48,086 nt of DNA. Source: Octopus sinensis. Its lineage: Eukaryota. The position numbers were made by a program, and so were the translations under genes. Location of the stretch: NCBI RefSeq assembly GCF_006345805.1, contig NW_021824663.1, positions 1-48,086 of the forward strand. Reading direction: 5' to 3'. This document shows, in pieces, positions 1 to 12,625 of this stretch; position 1 is the first letter of the stretch, and each line of letters starts with the position of its first letter. The notes under the pieces were generated by a model. The model made no database searches. It worked only from the letters and a program-made list of their open reading frames with translations, and was not told the origin of the DNA.

Positions 1-319
1 TGCGCCTATTCATGTTCTTTATTAGTTGGGAAAATGAAAGTAAATCTTCATATTTTCAACGTAAGCACCTGCGCGGGAACTAGTTTCCTCAAACGGCCAA
101 AAACGATCTCGTGTTATTTCTTTTTCTCTGTTTTTTTTTGTTTTTCTTTGTTTATTTCTATAATCTCACCTGTTAGTAAGGAAGAATTTGGTTGGTGGGA
201 CAGAAAATTGCAGAGTCCTGTACCACAATATTCACGAAACCAAAGCGTTAACTATTCTCCTTAGTCTCTCACGGTAATTGTGTACATTTACTGATCAACG
301 GTGTTCACATATGTACACA

Positions 320-337
320 CACAAACACACACACAAA

Positions 338-379
<42 letters not shown>

Positions 380-478
380 ACAAACATATATATATATGTG
401 TGTGTAAATACATGTGTGCCTATATATGTCTATGTATATGTGTGTGTATATGTATGTATCTCTCTCTCTCTCTCTTAC

Positions 479-509
<31 letters not shown>

Positions 510-800
510 ATATTATGTATATATATATATACATGGACGCATATATCTATATGTATACATATATATGTGCAAACACACACACACAAACAAACATATATAT
601 ATGTGTGTGTAAATACATGTGTGCCTATATATGTCTATATGTATATGTGTGTGCATATGTATGTATCTCTCTCTCTCTCCCCATATATATATATATATAT
701 ACATGGTCACATATATATATATAAATACATTCATATATATGTGCAAACACATACACACACATAGATTACAGACATACACACATATACACTACACACACAA
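320..800. repeat. Compound (CA)/(TA)/(CT) microsatellite containing a ~207-bp tandem duplication
   Basis: caaacatatatatatatgtgtgtgtaaatacatgtgtgcctatatatgtc occurs at ~380 and ~588. Confidence 0.85.
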
Positions 801-1231
801 GTGCACACGGAAACACATACCCACATTCAGACGTGAAGGTTTCGCTCCTGCTGTCATCACTGTGTAATTATTCCACTAATACTAAACAACATGTCAACTA
901 CGCAACTAATCAGTGACGAGTGAGGCTTCCCCAGCTTCTTTCTGTCTCTTCTACTTCACTCTCTTTCTCTCCCACTCTCGCGCTCTCTCAATACATGTGT
1001 GGGTATGATTGTATGTGTGTGACACTTATGCTCATCCCTGTGCTTGCACGTATTACGTATGAGTATGTGTGTGTGTATGTGTGCACAAATACGTGTGTGT
1101 GCGGCTGGAAGTTCGTTGTATGACAGATGAATAGCTATGTCAACATACAAAGAACTGCCACATACAATAGAAATATACAATACCTCACGTAACGTCCACA
1201 AAGTGAAAAATGTATTACTCTATATATGTAT

Positions 1232-1652
1232 TACTCTTTTACTCTTTTCCTTGTTTCAGGCATTTGACTGCGGCCATGCTGGAGCACCGCCTTCAGTTGA
1301 GCAAATCGATCCCAGGATTTATTCTTTGGAAGCCTAGTACTTATTCGATCGGTCTCTTTTTTGCCGAACCGCTAAGTTACGGGGACGTAAACACACAAGC
1401 ATCGGTTGTCAAGCGATGTTTAGGGGGGGGGGCGAACACAAACAAACAAACAAACACACACATACCTACACATATATATACATATATACGACGTGCTTCT
1501 TTCAGTTTCCGTCTACAAACCACTCCATCAAGGCTTTGGTCGGCCCGAGGCCATAGTAGAAGACACTTGCCCAAGGTGCCACGGAATGGGACTGAACCCG
1601 GAACCATGTGGTTGGTAAGCAAGCTACTTACCACACAGCCACTCCTACGCCT
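1232..1652 (-). mobile_element. SINE family A, full length (tRNA-derived head, internal CA/TA microsatellite, (AAAAGAGT)n tail)
   Basis: Minus strand starts AGGCGTAGGAGTGGCTGTGTGGTAAG (A box), then GGTTCAGTCCC (B box) and CCTTGGGCAAGTGTCTT; more than 10 copies in the window. Confidence 0.9.
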
Positions 1653-1743
1653 ATATAAATATATATATATATATATAAATATATATATATATGTATATAA
1701 ATATCTATATGTGCGTTTGTGTGTGTATATATATATATATATA

Positions 1744-1839
1744 TCACTGTTCACCGTGACCGACCAGGCTATCAGATGTTGCTTCGCATTGTTTTTAGCC
1801 TTCAAATGACGCCACCCAGCTGGCTAAGCGAGCAGACCA
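1744..1839 (-). mobile_element. 3' tail fragment of SINE family C2
   Basis: Matches the tail of 22666-22967 (gctcgcttagccag...gaaggctaaaa...catctgatagcctggtcggtcacggtga). Confidence 0.85.
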
Positions 1840-2066
1840 TATATATATATTGCACTATGTTATATATATTTTAATAATTACTGATATTTTTATATTTTAT
1901 ATATTATATATGTAAAGCATAATACGTTATACATGTATGTATATTGTTATAAGTGTCCTTTTAATAAATAAATAAACTGACATAATATGATGTCTAAAAG
2001 TTTATGATTACCACTTATTGATCCCCTCCATTTTCTTATTGCTCTCTCTCTCTCTCTCTCTCTGTC

Positions 2067-2102
<36 letters not shown>

Positions 2103-2108
2103 TGGCCA

Positions 2109-2167
2109 GATAACCGAAGATATGGTGTTGTGGATTTCCATCGGCATCCGAAACTCAGAGTTTTATC
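2109..2167 (+). ncRNA. Type I hammerhead ribozyme motif (U4>C variant) in a PLE-like fragment (~2100-2275)
   Basis: GATAA-CCGAAGA-...-GAAAC-TCAGA-GTT-TTATC; stem I GATAA/TTATC; homologous copy at 22994-23054 has canonical CTGAAGA. Confidence 0.65.
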
Positions 2168-2276
2168 TTGACTATTGAATAATTGTAACATATTTATTAT
2201 AGATAAATTTCCTCTATTTACATAATATGAGGTCTCTTTCTTTCTTTTGTATCTTACCGTTTTTACCAATAAATAT

Positions 2277-2321
<45 letters not shown>

Positions 2322-2894
2322 ATATATATACATGTACATGTGTGTGTGTGTATGTGTAAAGCCTTTTACCAAAGTAAATGGTAATATGATGGGTGGATTC
2401 AAAAGCGACTGATGCATTTGGAGCGATACAGTTAGTGAATATACATACATATTCATCATAAGGATATATACATTACATACATATTTGCACGTTTCTCGCC
2501 CTCTTTACCCATCTCTCTCTCTATATATATACATATATATCTGCATAATATATACATATGAATATGCAAGCATATATACGCACGCACATACATTCAAAGA
2601 ATTAAAAATTAAAGAATTATATAATATATTATATACATACATACATATATATATATAGATATATATATATATATATATATATAGATATATACATATATAT
2701 ATACATATATATATTATGGAAATATATGTGTATGTGTATACGTATATACGTATAGGGTGTACAGAGATATAATCATATAGAATATTCATAGAATTATATG
2801 ATATATGTATACATATGTACATACATGCGCACACACAGACACATATACATATATACATACATAGCATATGTATAGTATATATCTATATATGCAT

Positions 2895-3117
2895 TACTCT
2901 TTTTCTCTTTTCCTTGTTTCAGTCATTTGACTGCGGCCATGCTGGAGCACGGCCTTTAGTCGAGCAGATCAACACCAGGACTTATTCTTTGGAAGCCTAG
3001 TACTTATTCTATCGGTCTCTTTTGCCGAACCGCTATGTTACGGGGACGCAAACACACCACCATCAGTTGTAAAGCGATGTTGGGGGAACCAAACACAGAC
3101 ACACAAACATATGTACA

Positions 3118-3160
<43 letters not shown>

Positions 3161-3176
3161 GAAAGAAGCCATCGTA

Positions 3177-3238
<62 letters not shown>

Positions 3239-3404
3239 ACATATACGACGGACTTCTTTCAGCTTCCATCTACCAAATCCACTAACAAGGCTTTGGTCGG
3301 CCCGACGCTATAGTAAAAGACACTTGCCCATGTTGCCACGCAGTGGGAATGAACCTGGAACCCTGTGGTTCATAAGCAAGGTACTTACCACACAGCTACT
3401 CCTG
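2895..3404 (-). mobile_element. SINE family A
   Basis: Same head, body and tail as 1232-1652 with an expanded internal microsatellite. Confidence 0.9.
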
Positions 3405-3523
3405 TATGTATATATGTATATACAGAGAGAGAGAGAGGGGGGAGAGCGCGAGAGAGAGAGAGAGAGAGGGAGGGAGAGAGAAAAGAGTGGTAGAATAGTA
3501 GATAAATAGATAGACAGACAGAC

Positions 3524-3600
<77 letters not shown>

Positions 3601-3889
3601 TATGCACTTGGACATGAGAACTTTGTCTGAGCGAAAATATGAGCACCTAATTCGAAACCGGTATCATGATGCGGGTGAGGTGCGCGAGTTTACATTGATA
3701 AAAATATATAATACATACAATTACAAAAAGGATATGTAAAAAGTAAAATAACCAAAAGCGCCATATTTGACAGAGTAAGCAAGGAGATTGCTGTTGACCT
3801 CTGACATCAATTGGGGAGCGGGGTGGTTTTGTGAGTCAGGCACAGAAACGGTGGATGAGGTTTCAATCACTAAGTGCACTCTAAACTAC

Positions 3890-4073
3890 AAGTGTGTGTG
3901 CATGTGTGTGTGTGTGTGTGTGTGCATGTGTGTGTGTGTGTGTGTGTGGGGTGTTGTGTGTGTGTGTGTGTGCGTGCGTGTTGTGTGTGTGTGTGCTGTG
4001 TGCATGTGTGTGTGTGTGTGTGTGTGTGTGGTGTGGTGCATGTGTGTGTGCATGTGTGTGTGCATGTGTGTGT

Positions 4074-4109
<36 letters not shown>

Positions 4110-4130
4110 CGCGTGTGTGTGTGTGTGTGT
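3890..4130. repeat. (GT)n microsatellite
   Basis: Direct inspection. Confidence 0.95.
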
Positions 4131-4261
4131 GATTCGACGGCTTTAATGTCAAAGGTTGTGTGAGAAAAACGAGACATTGAGATTTGGTTTGGACAAAATG
4201 GCTGAAACAGAATAAAGTAAAAACAATTTGAAAATGAATTTTTTTGGAGTTTATTTTACTG

Positions 4262-4670
<409 letters not shown>

Positions 4671-4980
4671 CTATTTCTAGAGTTGTTTTTTGCTACGCTA
4701 AGCGTGAGTCACTCTGTCCAAATTTAACTGTTTGCGGCTGTATTTCAGGCAGGTTTGTCTGTCTATACTTCTACGTCTGTCAGTCTATATGTTTGTCTGC
4801 CATTCTCTGTTTATCTTTCATCTCCCTCTCTCTCTCCCTCTCTCCGCATCATACTTTTTTATTCTCCCTCTTTTTCTCCCCCTCTTCTCCCAAATGTCCA
4901 ACGTACGTTAATGCATTCGTTTTCTCCACACATAATCTTGTTACGCACTATATCATACATGTGTATATATACATGCATAC

Positions 4981-5022
<42 letters not shown>

Positions 5023-5032
5023 TATATATGTA

Positions 5033-5136
5033 TCCCATTGCGTGGTATCTTGGGCAAGTGTCTTCTACTATAGCCTCGGGGCGACCAAAGACTTGTGAGT
5101 GGATTTGGTAGACGGAAACCGAAAGAAGCGCGTCGT
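5033..5136 (+). mobile_element. SINE A internal fragment
   Basis: tcccattgcgtggtatcttgggcaagtgtctt...gaaagaagcgcgtcgtat. Confidence 0.85.
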
Positions 5137-5226
5137 ATATATGCATATATGTATATATATATATACATACATACATATATATATATATATACAAAATTTT
5201 TAGGATTGACCACTAAAAGTGGACAA

Positions 5227-5471
5227 CAGCATCAATTGTCAAGCGATGTTGGGGTGACAAACACAGACACACAAACATATACACACACATACGTATATAC
5301 ATATATATGACGGGCTTCTTTCAGTTTCCGTCTACCTAATCCACTCACAAGGCTTTGGTCGGCCCGGGGCTATAGTAGAAGACACTTGCCCAAGGTGCCA
5401 CGCAGTGGGACTGAACCCGGAACCATTTGGTTTGTAAGCAAGCTACTTACCACACAGCCACTCCTGCGCCT
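5227..5471 (-). mobile_element. SINE A, 3'-truncated
   Basis: Head ends at ccactcctgcgcct (5471); inverted relative to 5033-5136. Confidence 0.85.
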
Positions 5472-5777
5472 ATATCAGATAGATTTAAGAAATATTCTCA
5501 CTCCTACGCCTGTATCAAAAAGATTTGAAAAAAATGTTGTGGCTCTTTCTATCAGATCGAACAAACTGTCTTTGGTATTATCTAATCTGATAGGAAATTC
5601 CATCTTCTTGTAGTTTTAGACATTCTATTAATTTTATAAGAAAAATAAATCAACAAATTTCTTGATTTAATAGAATGTGTAGAGAGTTTATACAAACCAT
5701 AAAGAGCTATTTTCTCCGGATCAGTTCTTAGTTTTTTCTCTCTGTAGCATTCGCCTGGCATGTTTTATACGTAAGTG

Positions 5778-5821
<44 letters not shown>

Positions 5822-6152
5822 ATTCACTCCTACATATACATGAAAAATGTATAGATATATTTGATGCACACTTAAATACATGCATATAAAACAAAACAGG
5901 AATGTACATGTATGTATAGACACATAAAACACAAACATACATGTACCCCCCACACATATATACATACATATGTACATATATATATGCATACATACATATA
6001 AATATATATGCATATATATGTGTGTATGTCTATATATATATATATATATATACATATATTTTATGCACATACATACACAGAGGAAATATGCATACATACA
6101 TATATGAATCAACAGACACATACAATACACACATACATATACTCACACACAT

Positions 6153-6185
<33 letters not shown>

Positions 6186-6334
6186 CACGCGTACATGAAT
6201 ATATATATATATACATACATACATACACACATGTACACACTTATAATAATAATGTATAGTCAAGCAATCAGATACAAACATTACACACACACACACACCT
6301 GTATACATATATATATGCGTGTGCAGTGTATATA

Positions 6335-6378
<44 letters not shown>

Positions 6379-6392
6379 ATACATACGCACAT

Positions 6393-6433
<41 letters not shown>

Positions 6434-6749
6434 TATATACACTTATAAATAATATTTGTATAGCTAACCGAACAAATAAATGCGAGTATATAAATAAACA
6501 AGCAAACAAGCAAGCAAACAAACAAACATACAAATCTGTAAATAAATCACATGACATAAAGAATTGATGTTTAGTGGCTGGAGACATGTCGTTCCAGATT
6601 ATAGCTGGCTTAGCTTTAAAGGTTTTGACAGACAGTTCTGCGGTTTGTGGTTACAGAAAAAGGAAGCAGGTGCGATTAATGCATCCCTAAAGGGCTTTAA
6701 GGATGTTGATAGATACACAAGGATGATGAAGAAAAGTCGATTGTCGTGT

Positions 6750-8580
6750 CGGTAGTGATGGTGGTGGTGGTGGTGGTGTGGGTGGTGGTGGTGGTGGTGG
6801 TGGTGGTGGTTGCAGCGCTGGTGTCGTTTGTAGGGATATTTGTGGTAGTTACATTGGTATTGGTAGTGCAAGTGGGGATTGTTGCAGCGGTGGTATTGGT
6901 GGTGGTGGTGGTGGTGGTATTGGTGGCGGTCTTAATGGTGGTGGTGATGTCCGTGGTAACGACAATGGCGGTGGTGGTGGTATAGGTGGTGTTAATGGTG
7001 GTGGTGATGGTGATGGTGATGGTAATGGTGGTAGTGGTGGTGTTTATGATGGTAGTCATGGTGATGGTGGTATTGGTGGTGGTAGTGGTGGTGGTATTGG
7101 TGGCGGTCTTAATGGTAGTGGTAATGTCAGTGGTAACGACAATGGCGGTGGTGGTGGTATAGGTGGTGTTAATGGTGGTGGTGGTGGTGGTGGTGGTGGT
7201 GATGGTGATGGTAGTGGTGGTAGTGGTGGTGTTTATGATGGTAGTCATGGTGATGGTGGTATTGGTGGTGGTGGTGGTGGTGGTGTGGGTATTGGTGGTA
7301 GTTCTTCTAGTGATGGTTTTCGTAATTGTACTGGTGCTGCTGCTGATGGTAATGATATTGGTGGTGGTTGTATGGGTGGTGATGAAGATAGTGGTGGCTT
7401 TTGTGATCGTTGTGGTAGAAATAGTGGTATTGGTGTTGACTATAGCGGCTGTTTCGGCAGTAGTGCTATTGGTAGGTTGGTACAGGTAATAATGATGTTG
7501 GTAGCAGTTGCGTGGGTGGTGGTGGTAGTTTTAGTAGTTGTGGAAGTGGTATCGCTAGTAGTGAAAGACGTCGTGCTAGTGTAATATTGGTGATTGTTGT
7601 GGTGAATGCGGTGGTAGTTTGGGCACTAATGGTGGTAGGGGTGAATATAGTGTTGGTAGTAGTTTCAGTTGATGTGTTGGCGGCAGTGACATTAGTGGTG
7701 GTGGTGGTGGTGGCGGTGGTGGTGGTGATAGTAGTGTCGTGCTGGTGGTAGTGTTGAATGCAATGGTGATACTGATAGTATAGTAGTGTTTGACGTGACT
7801 GTAGCAGTGGTACTGATGGTAATGATATTAATGGTAATGGTGGTGGTGGTGGTGGTGGTGATGGTGGTGGTGGTTGTGCTGGTGGTGGTGGTGGTTGTGG
7901 TGGTAGTGGTGGTTGTGGTGGTGGTGGTGGTGGTGGTGGTTGTGGTGGCGGTGGCGGTGGTGGTGGTGGTGGTGGTGGTGATGGTGGTGGTGGTTGTGCT
8001 GGTGGCGGTGGTGGTGGTTGTAGTGGTAGTGGTGGTTGTGGTGTGGTGGTGGTGGTGGTGGTGGTGGTGGTGGTGGTGGTGGTGGCGGTGGTGGTGGTGG
8101 TGGTGGTGGTTATGGTGGTGGTGGTGTGGTGGTGGGTGGTTGTGTGGTGGTAGTGGTGGTTGTGGTGTGGGGTGTGGTGGTGTGGTGGTGGTGGTGGTGG
8201 CGGTGGCGGTGGTGGTGGTGGTGGTGGTGGTGATGGTGGTGGTGGTTGTGCTGGTGGTGGTGGTGGTGGTGGTTGTGGTGGTAGTGGTGGTTGTGGTGGT
8301 GGTGGTGGTGGTGGTGGTGGTGGTGGCGGTGGCGGTGGTGGTGGTGGTGGTGGTGGTGATGGTGGTAGTGGTTGTGCTGGTGGTGGTGGTTGTGGTGGTA
8401 GTGGTGGTTGTGGTGGTGGTGGTGGTGGTGGTGGTTGTGGTGGTGGTGGTTCTGGTAGTGGTGGTGGTAGTGCTGTAGTGATGGTGATAGTGGTAGTGGT
8501 GGTGTTAGAGGTGGCGATTGTAACGGGGATATTTTGATGGTAATGATGGTGTTTGTTGGTGATGGTGTTAATGGTGGTGC
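6750..8580. repeat. Degenerate (GGT)n tract with higher-order internal duplications
   Basis: ggcggtcttaatggt...gtaacgacaatggcgg...gtttatgatggtagtcatgg unit repeated ~180 bp apart (6925, 7102); further repeated blocks 7850-8450. Confidence 0.95.
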
Positions 8581-9278
8581 GAGAAATGAAATATTTAGTT
8601 GCAATATACTTGTCGGATTGGCCATCAAATGGATTGGTCCCTTTGGGTATTTCAGAAAGAACACATAACGTAACATAACATGAAAAATATAAAGACAAAA
8701 GCAATAACTGAGGAACAAAATGAGATACAGGGAGCGAGGAAGAGTGAGAGAGATTGAAACAGACGGAGAGAGGGAGATGGAAAGAAAAGGAGAGAAGAAA
8801 GGAGGATTAGAGTTTGAAAAGAAGTTGCGAGAATCCTGCGTGTTCTGCGATAGATCGAGCGTCTGATGAGAGATTTAATGTTTTAAAAATGGTGTGTTGA
8901 AGCAAGCTGGACGTGGTTAAGATTTAAGTCAGTGTTGTAACGTGGCGCCCGGTAAGAGATTGAGGAAAAAGGAAGGTTTTAGATATGAAGAGATGTCTGC
9001 AATGAGCTTCAGTTGACACCAAGCATGTGACATATTGTTGGATGGAAACGAGGCTTAGTCAACGTCATAATCTGACATATTGTTGGGTGGAAACGAGGCT
9101 CGCTTGGCAGCCATGTCTGAAGCGTTTGTCAGGTGGATTGGAAAAAGGTGTTGCGAAGTCCATTCAAAGCTGGTGATGATGTCGTTGCGACAGTGTTGGT
9201 GGAGGTGGCGGCGGCAGTGATGGTGGTGGTGGTGGTGGTGGTGGTTATGTCAGTGTAATGGTTTTTGCATTGTGGTAA

Positions 9279-9512
9279 GGCGGCGAGCTGGCAGAAACGT
9301 TAGCATCCCGGGCGAAATGCGTAGCCGTATTTCGTCTGCCGTTACGTTCTGAGTTCAAATTCCGCCGAGGTCGACTTTGCCTTTCATCCTTTTGGGATCG
9401 ATAAATTAACTACCAATTTACGCACTAGGGTCGATGTAATCGACTTAATCCGTTTATCCGTCCTTGTTTGTCCCCTCTGTGTTTAGCCCCTTGTGGGTAG
9501 TAAAGAAATAGG
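9279..9512 (+). mobile_element. SINE family B, full length, tail type 2
   Basis: GGCGGCGAGCTGGCAGAAACGTTAG head, GAGTTCAAATTCC B box, core GCCTTTCATCCTTTYGGGRTCGATAAA, tail ...ttgtcccctctgtgtttagccccttgtgggtagtaaagaaatag. Confidence 0.88.
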
Positions 9513-9539
9513 TAGTAGCCATGCCAATGTCGTTGTAGA

Positions 9540-10380
9540 TGTAGTGGTGGTGGTTGTGATGTTTGTGGTAATTGTCTTGGTGGTGATTGTGATGATGATG
9601 GCGGTGTTAGTTGTGCCAATTTTAGGGTTGTTATATATTTGTAGTAGCCATGACAATGTAGTAAATATAATACTAGTGACGATGGTGGTGGTGGTGGTGG
9701 TTGTAGAGATGTGGTGGTGGTGGTTGTAGAGGTGGTGGTTGTGGTGATGGTGGTTGTGGTGATGGTGGTTGTGAAGATGGTGGTGGTGGTGGTGGTTGTA
9801 GAGCGGGTGTTTGTGGTAACGGTAGTTGTGGTGATGGTGGTTGTGGTATTGGTGGTTGTGGTGATGGTGGTTGTAGAGATGTGGTGGTGGTTGTAGAGGT
9901 GGTGTTTGTGGTAACGGTGGTTGTGGTGATGGTGGTTGTGGTGATGGTGGTTGTGAAGATGGTGGTGGTGGTGGTGGCTGTAGAGATGGTGGTGGTGGTT
10001 GTAGAGCGGGTGTTTGGGGTAACGGTGGTTGTGGTGATGGTGGTTGTGGTGATGGTGGTTGTGGTGATGGTGGTGATGGTGATGGTGGTTGGTCCTGGTG
10101 GTGATGGTCGTGGTGATGGTCGTGGTGGTGGTGGTGGCTGTAGAGATGGTGGTGGTGGTTGTAGAGCGGGTGTTTGTGGTAACGGTGGTTGTGGTGATGG
10201 TGGTTGTGCTGTTGCTGGTATGGTTGTGGTGGTAGCGGTGATGGTAATGGTAGTTGGGACAGTGGTAGTGGTGGTGATGGTGGTTTTGATTGTGGTTGTA
10301 CTGTTGGTGGTAGTGGTGGTGGTGATGGTGTTGGGACGGTGGTAGTGGAGGTGGATGTTTGTGGTTGGGATAGTGGTGGC
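9540..10380. repeat. Second degenerate (GGT)n tract with recurring gtagagcgggtgtttgtggtaacgg higher-order unit
   Basis: Unit seen at ~9797, 9893, 10001, 10161. Confidence 0.9.
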
Positions 10381-10615
10381 GTTCGGACTACCGGAAAATA
10401 GAAATGCTTACGGAAGTAGCAACCGAATTGGCAGTGACTTGTTTCCAGCGGTTTGAAACAAGACACTGGCAAAGTTTTGATGTCCGTTATAATCAGTTTT
10501 ACAAACATATTTTGGTACACACACGCGAGCGCGCTGTGAAGGGAGGACAAATGAAGTCGTATTAAAAAACGTAGAGGAGGAATTCTTCAATCATGAAAAG
10601 GATCATCGTTTGGAG

Positions 10616-11006
10616 GTGGAGGCGCAATGGCTCAGTGGTTAGGGCAGCGGACTCGCGGTCGGAGGATAGCGGTTTCGATTCCCAGACCGGGCGTTGTGTG
10701 TGGTTATTGAGCGAAAACACCTTAAAACTCCACGAGGCTCCGGCAGGGGGTGGTGGCGACCCTGTTTTGTACTCTTCGCCTCAACTTTCTCTCACTCCAT
10801 CTTACTTCCGTTTCTGTTGTACCTGTATTTCAAGGGGCCGGCCTTGTCACTCTCTGTGTCACGCGCTGAATATTCCTGAGAACTACGTTAAGGGTGCACG
10901 TGCCTGTGGAGTGCTCAGCCACTTACACGTTAATTTCACGAGCAGGCTGTTCCGTTGATCGGATCAACCGGAACCCTCATCGTCGTAACCGACAGAGTGC
11001 TTCCAT
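10616..11006 (+). mobile_element. SINE family C1 (tRNA-like head shared with C2, different tail)
   Basis: GTGGAGGCGCAATGGCTCAGTGGTTAGGGCAGCGGACTCGCGGTC...GGTTTCGATTCCC head; degenerate 13-bp TSD tcatcgtttggag (10603-10615) / tcattgcttggag (11007-11019). Confidence 0.88.
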
Positions 11007-11550
11007 TCATTGCTTGGAGAGAAGAATAGACAAATGCCTAGTAGCAACCGAGATTAATTACAAATGAGAAGAGGATAATACTCCGAGTTTGATATACCGT
11101 TCAAGAAAAGACATCGAGATTCTCTGCAGTGTGTATGTGTGTATGTATATGTATGTATAAATGTATATCTACTCTTTTACTTGTTTCAGTCATTTGACTG
11201 CGGCCATACTGGAGCACCGCCTTTTGTCGAGCAAATTGACCCCCGGGACTTATTCTTTGTATGCCCAGTACTTATTCTATCGGTCTCTTTTGCCGAACCA
11301 CTAAGTGACGGGGACGTAAACACACACAGCATCGGTTGTCAAGCAATGCTAGGGGGACAAACACAAGACACACGAACCATATACACATACACTATATATA
11401 ATATATATATATATATATATGTATATATTGTTATGTATATGTATATATATTATATATATAAAATATTATTAGAGACAAAACCACTATTTGCAAAACAAAC
11501 AAGGAAATATTAATCAATACATAAAATTTTAATAAATAGTCAAAAAAACG

Positions 11551-11593
11551 CCACTACAATCGTTTCTTGTCTTGATCGACAATCTTCAGGTGG
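11551..11593 (-). ncRNA. Minimal type I hammerhead ribozyme
   Basis: Reverse complement of 12249-12291. Confidence 0.8.
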
Positions 11594-12248
11594 ACTTCCA
11601 ATAATTCAGTGTCAAATTATGAAGTGAAATTAAATTCTTAGCCGTTAAAAAAAACCAAACCAAAATTACGTTACCATAGAAATAACTTATGTAAAAAAAG
11701 AATACGCGCCATGGAAAATAAACGTCATTTAAGTTATGAATGGAGAAATAGAATAAATGGAACTAAAAACTATATCCACGTGGCAAACCAACACTACTTA
11801 AAAAAAATTTATTATGAATGGATTCTTTATAAAACTACCATGAAAAATCATTATATACATCTATAGCTTAGCTCACCTTAGCAGCTCTAACAAACAACTT
11901 GCAGTAACCCAAACCCATTCTAGAGAATGGGTTTGGGTTACTGCAAGTTGTTTGTTAGAGCTGCTAAGGTGAGCTAAAGCATAGATGTATATAATGATTT
12001 TTCATGGTAGTTTTATAAAGAATCCATTCATAATAAATTTTTTTAAGTAGTGTTGGTTTGCCACGTGGATATAGTTTTTAGTACCATTATTCTATTTCTC
12101 CATTCATAATTTAAATGACGTTATTTTCCATGGCGCGTATTCTTTTTTTTACATAAGTTATTTCTATGGTAACGTAATTTGGTTTGTTTTTTTTTTAACG
12201 GCTAAGAATTTAATTTCACTTATAATTTGACACTGAATTATTGGAAGT

Positions 12249-12291
12249 CCACCTGAAGATTGTCGATCAAGACAAGAAACGATTGTAGTGG
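12249..12291 (+). ncRNA. Minimal type I hammerhead ribozyme
   Basis: CCAC-CTGAAGA-TTGTC gatcaa GACAA-GAAAC gatt GTA-GTGG: core segments present and stems I, II, III pair. Confidence 0.8.
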
Positions 12292-12625
12292 CGGTTTTTT
12301 TGACTATTTATTAAAATTTTATGTATTGATTAGTATTTCCTGTTTGTTTTGCAAAATAGTGGTTTTGTCTCTAATAATATTTTATAATATTTTACTACAA
12401 AATTGGATTTAATCCTAAATCTGATTTTTTCCCTGTAAATTTGGATTATTCCCAATATTTATTATTATATATCTGAATATATATACACGACAGGCTTCTT
12501 TCAGTTTCCGTCTACCAAATCCACTCATAAGGCATTGGTCGGCCCGGGGCTATAGCAGAAGACACTTGCCCAAGATGCCACGCAGTGGACTGAAGCCGGA
12601 ACCATGTGGTGGTTAGCAAGCTACT

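Larger units (their letters stand above)
11457..12478. mobile_element. Penelope-like element remnant: inverted pseudo-LTR pair forming a 930-bp palindrome (11457-12386) plus a ~90-bp unpaired tail
   Basis: Arms meet at ...aaacccattct AG agaatgggttt... (spacer 11922-11923); each arm carries a hammerhead; inserted in the SINE (TA)n. Confidence 0.75.

Noticed and set aside
6697-8718. Gly-rich, Pro-rich, Thr-rich and His-rich long ORFs
   Set aside because: Several frames on both strands are open because of (GGT)n; indels shift frame freely; no signal peptide or splice evidence
9028-9100. Short direct repeat tgacatattgttggRtggaaacgaggct (two copies)
   Set aside because: Simple local duplication with no further structure
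10616-10690. Functional tRNA genes at SINE heads (also 22666, 25834, 44157, 44760, 45915)
   Set aside because: A/B boxes are present, but each continues into SINE body and tail, some with TSDs
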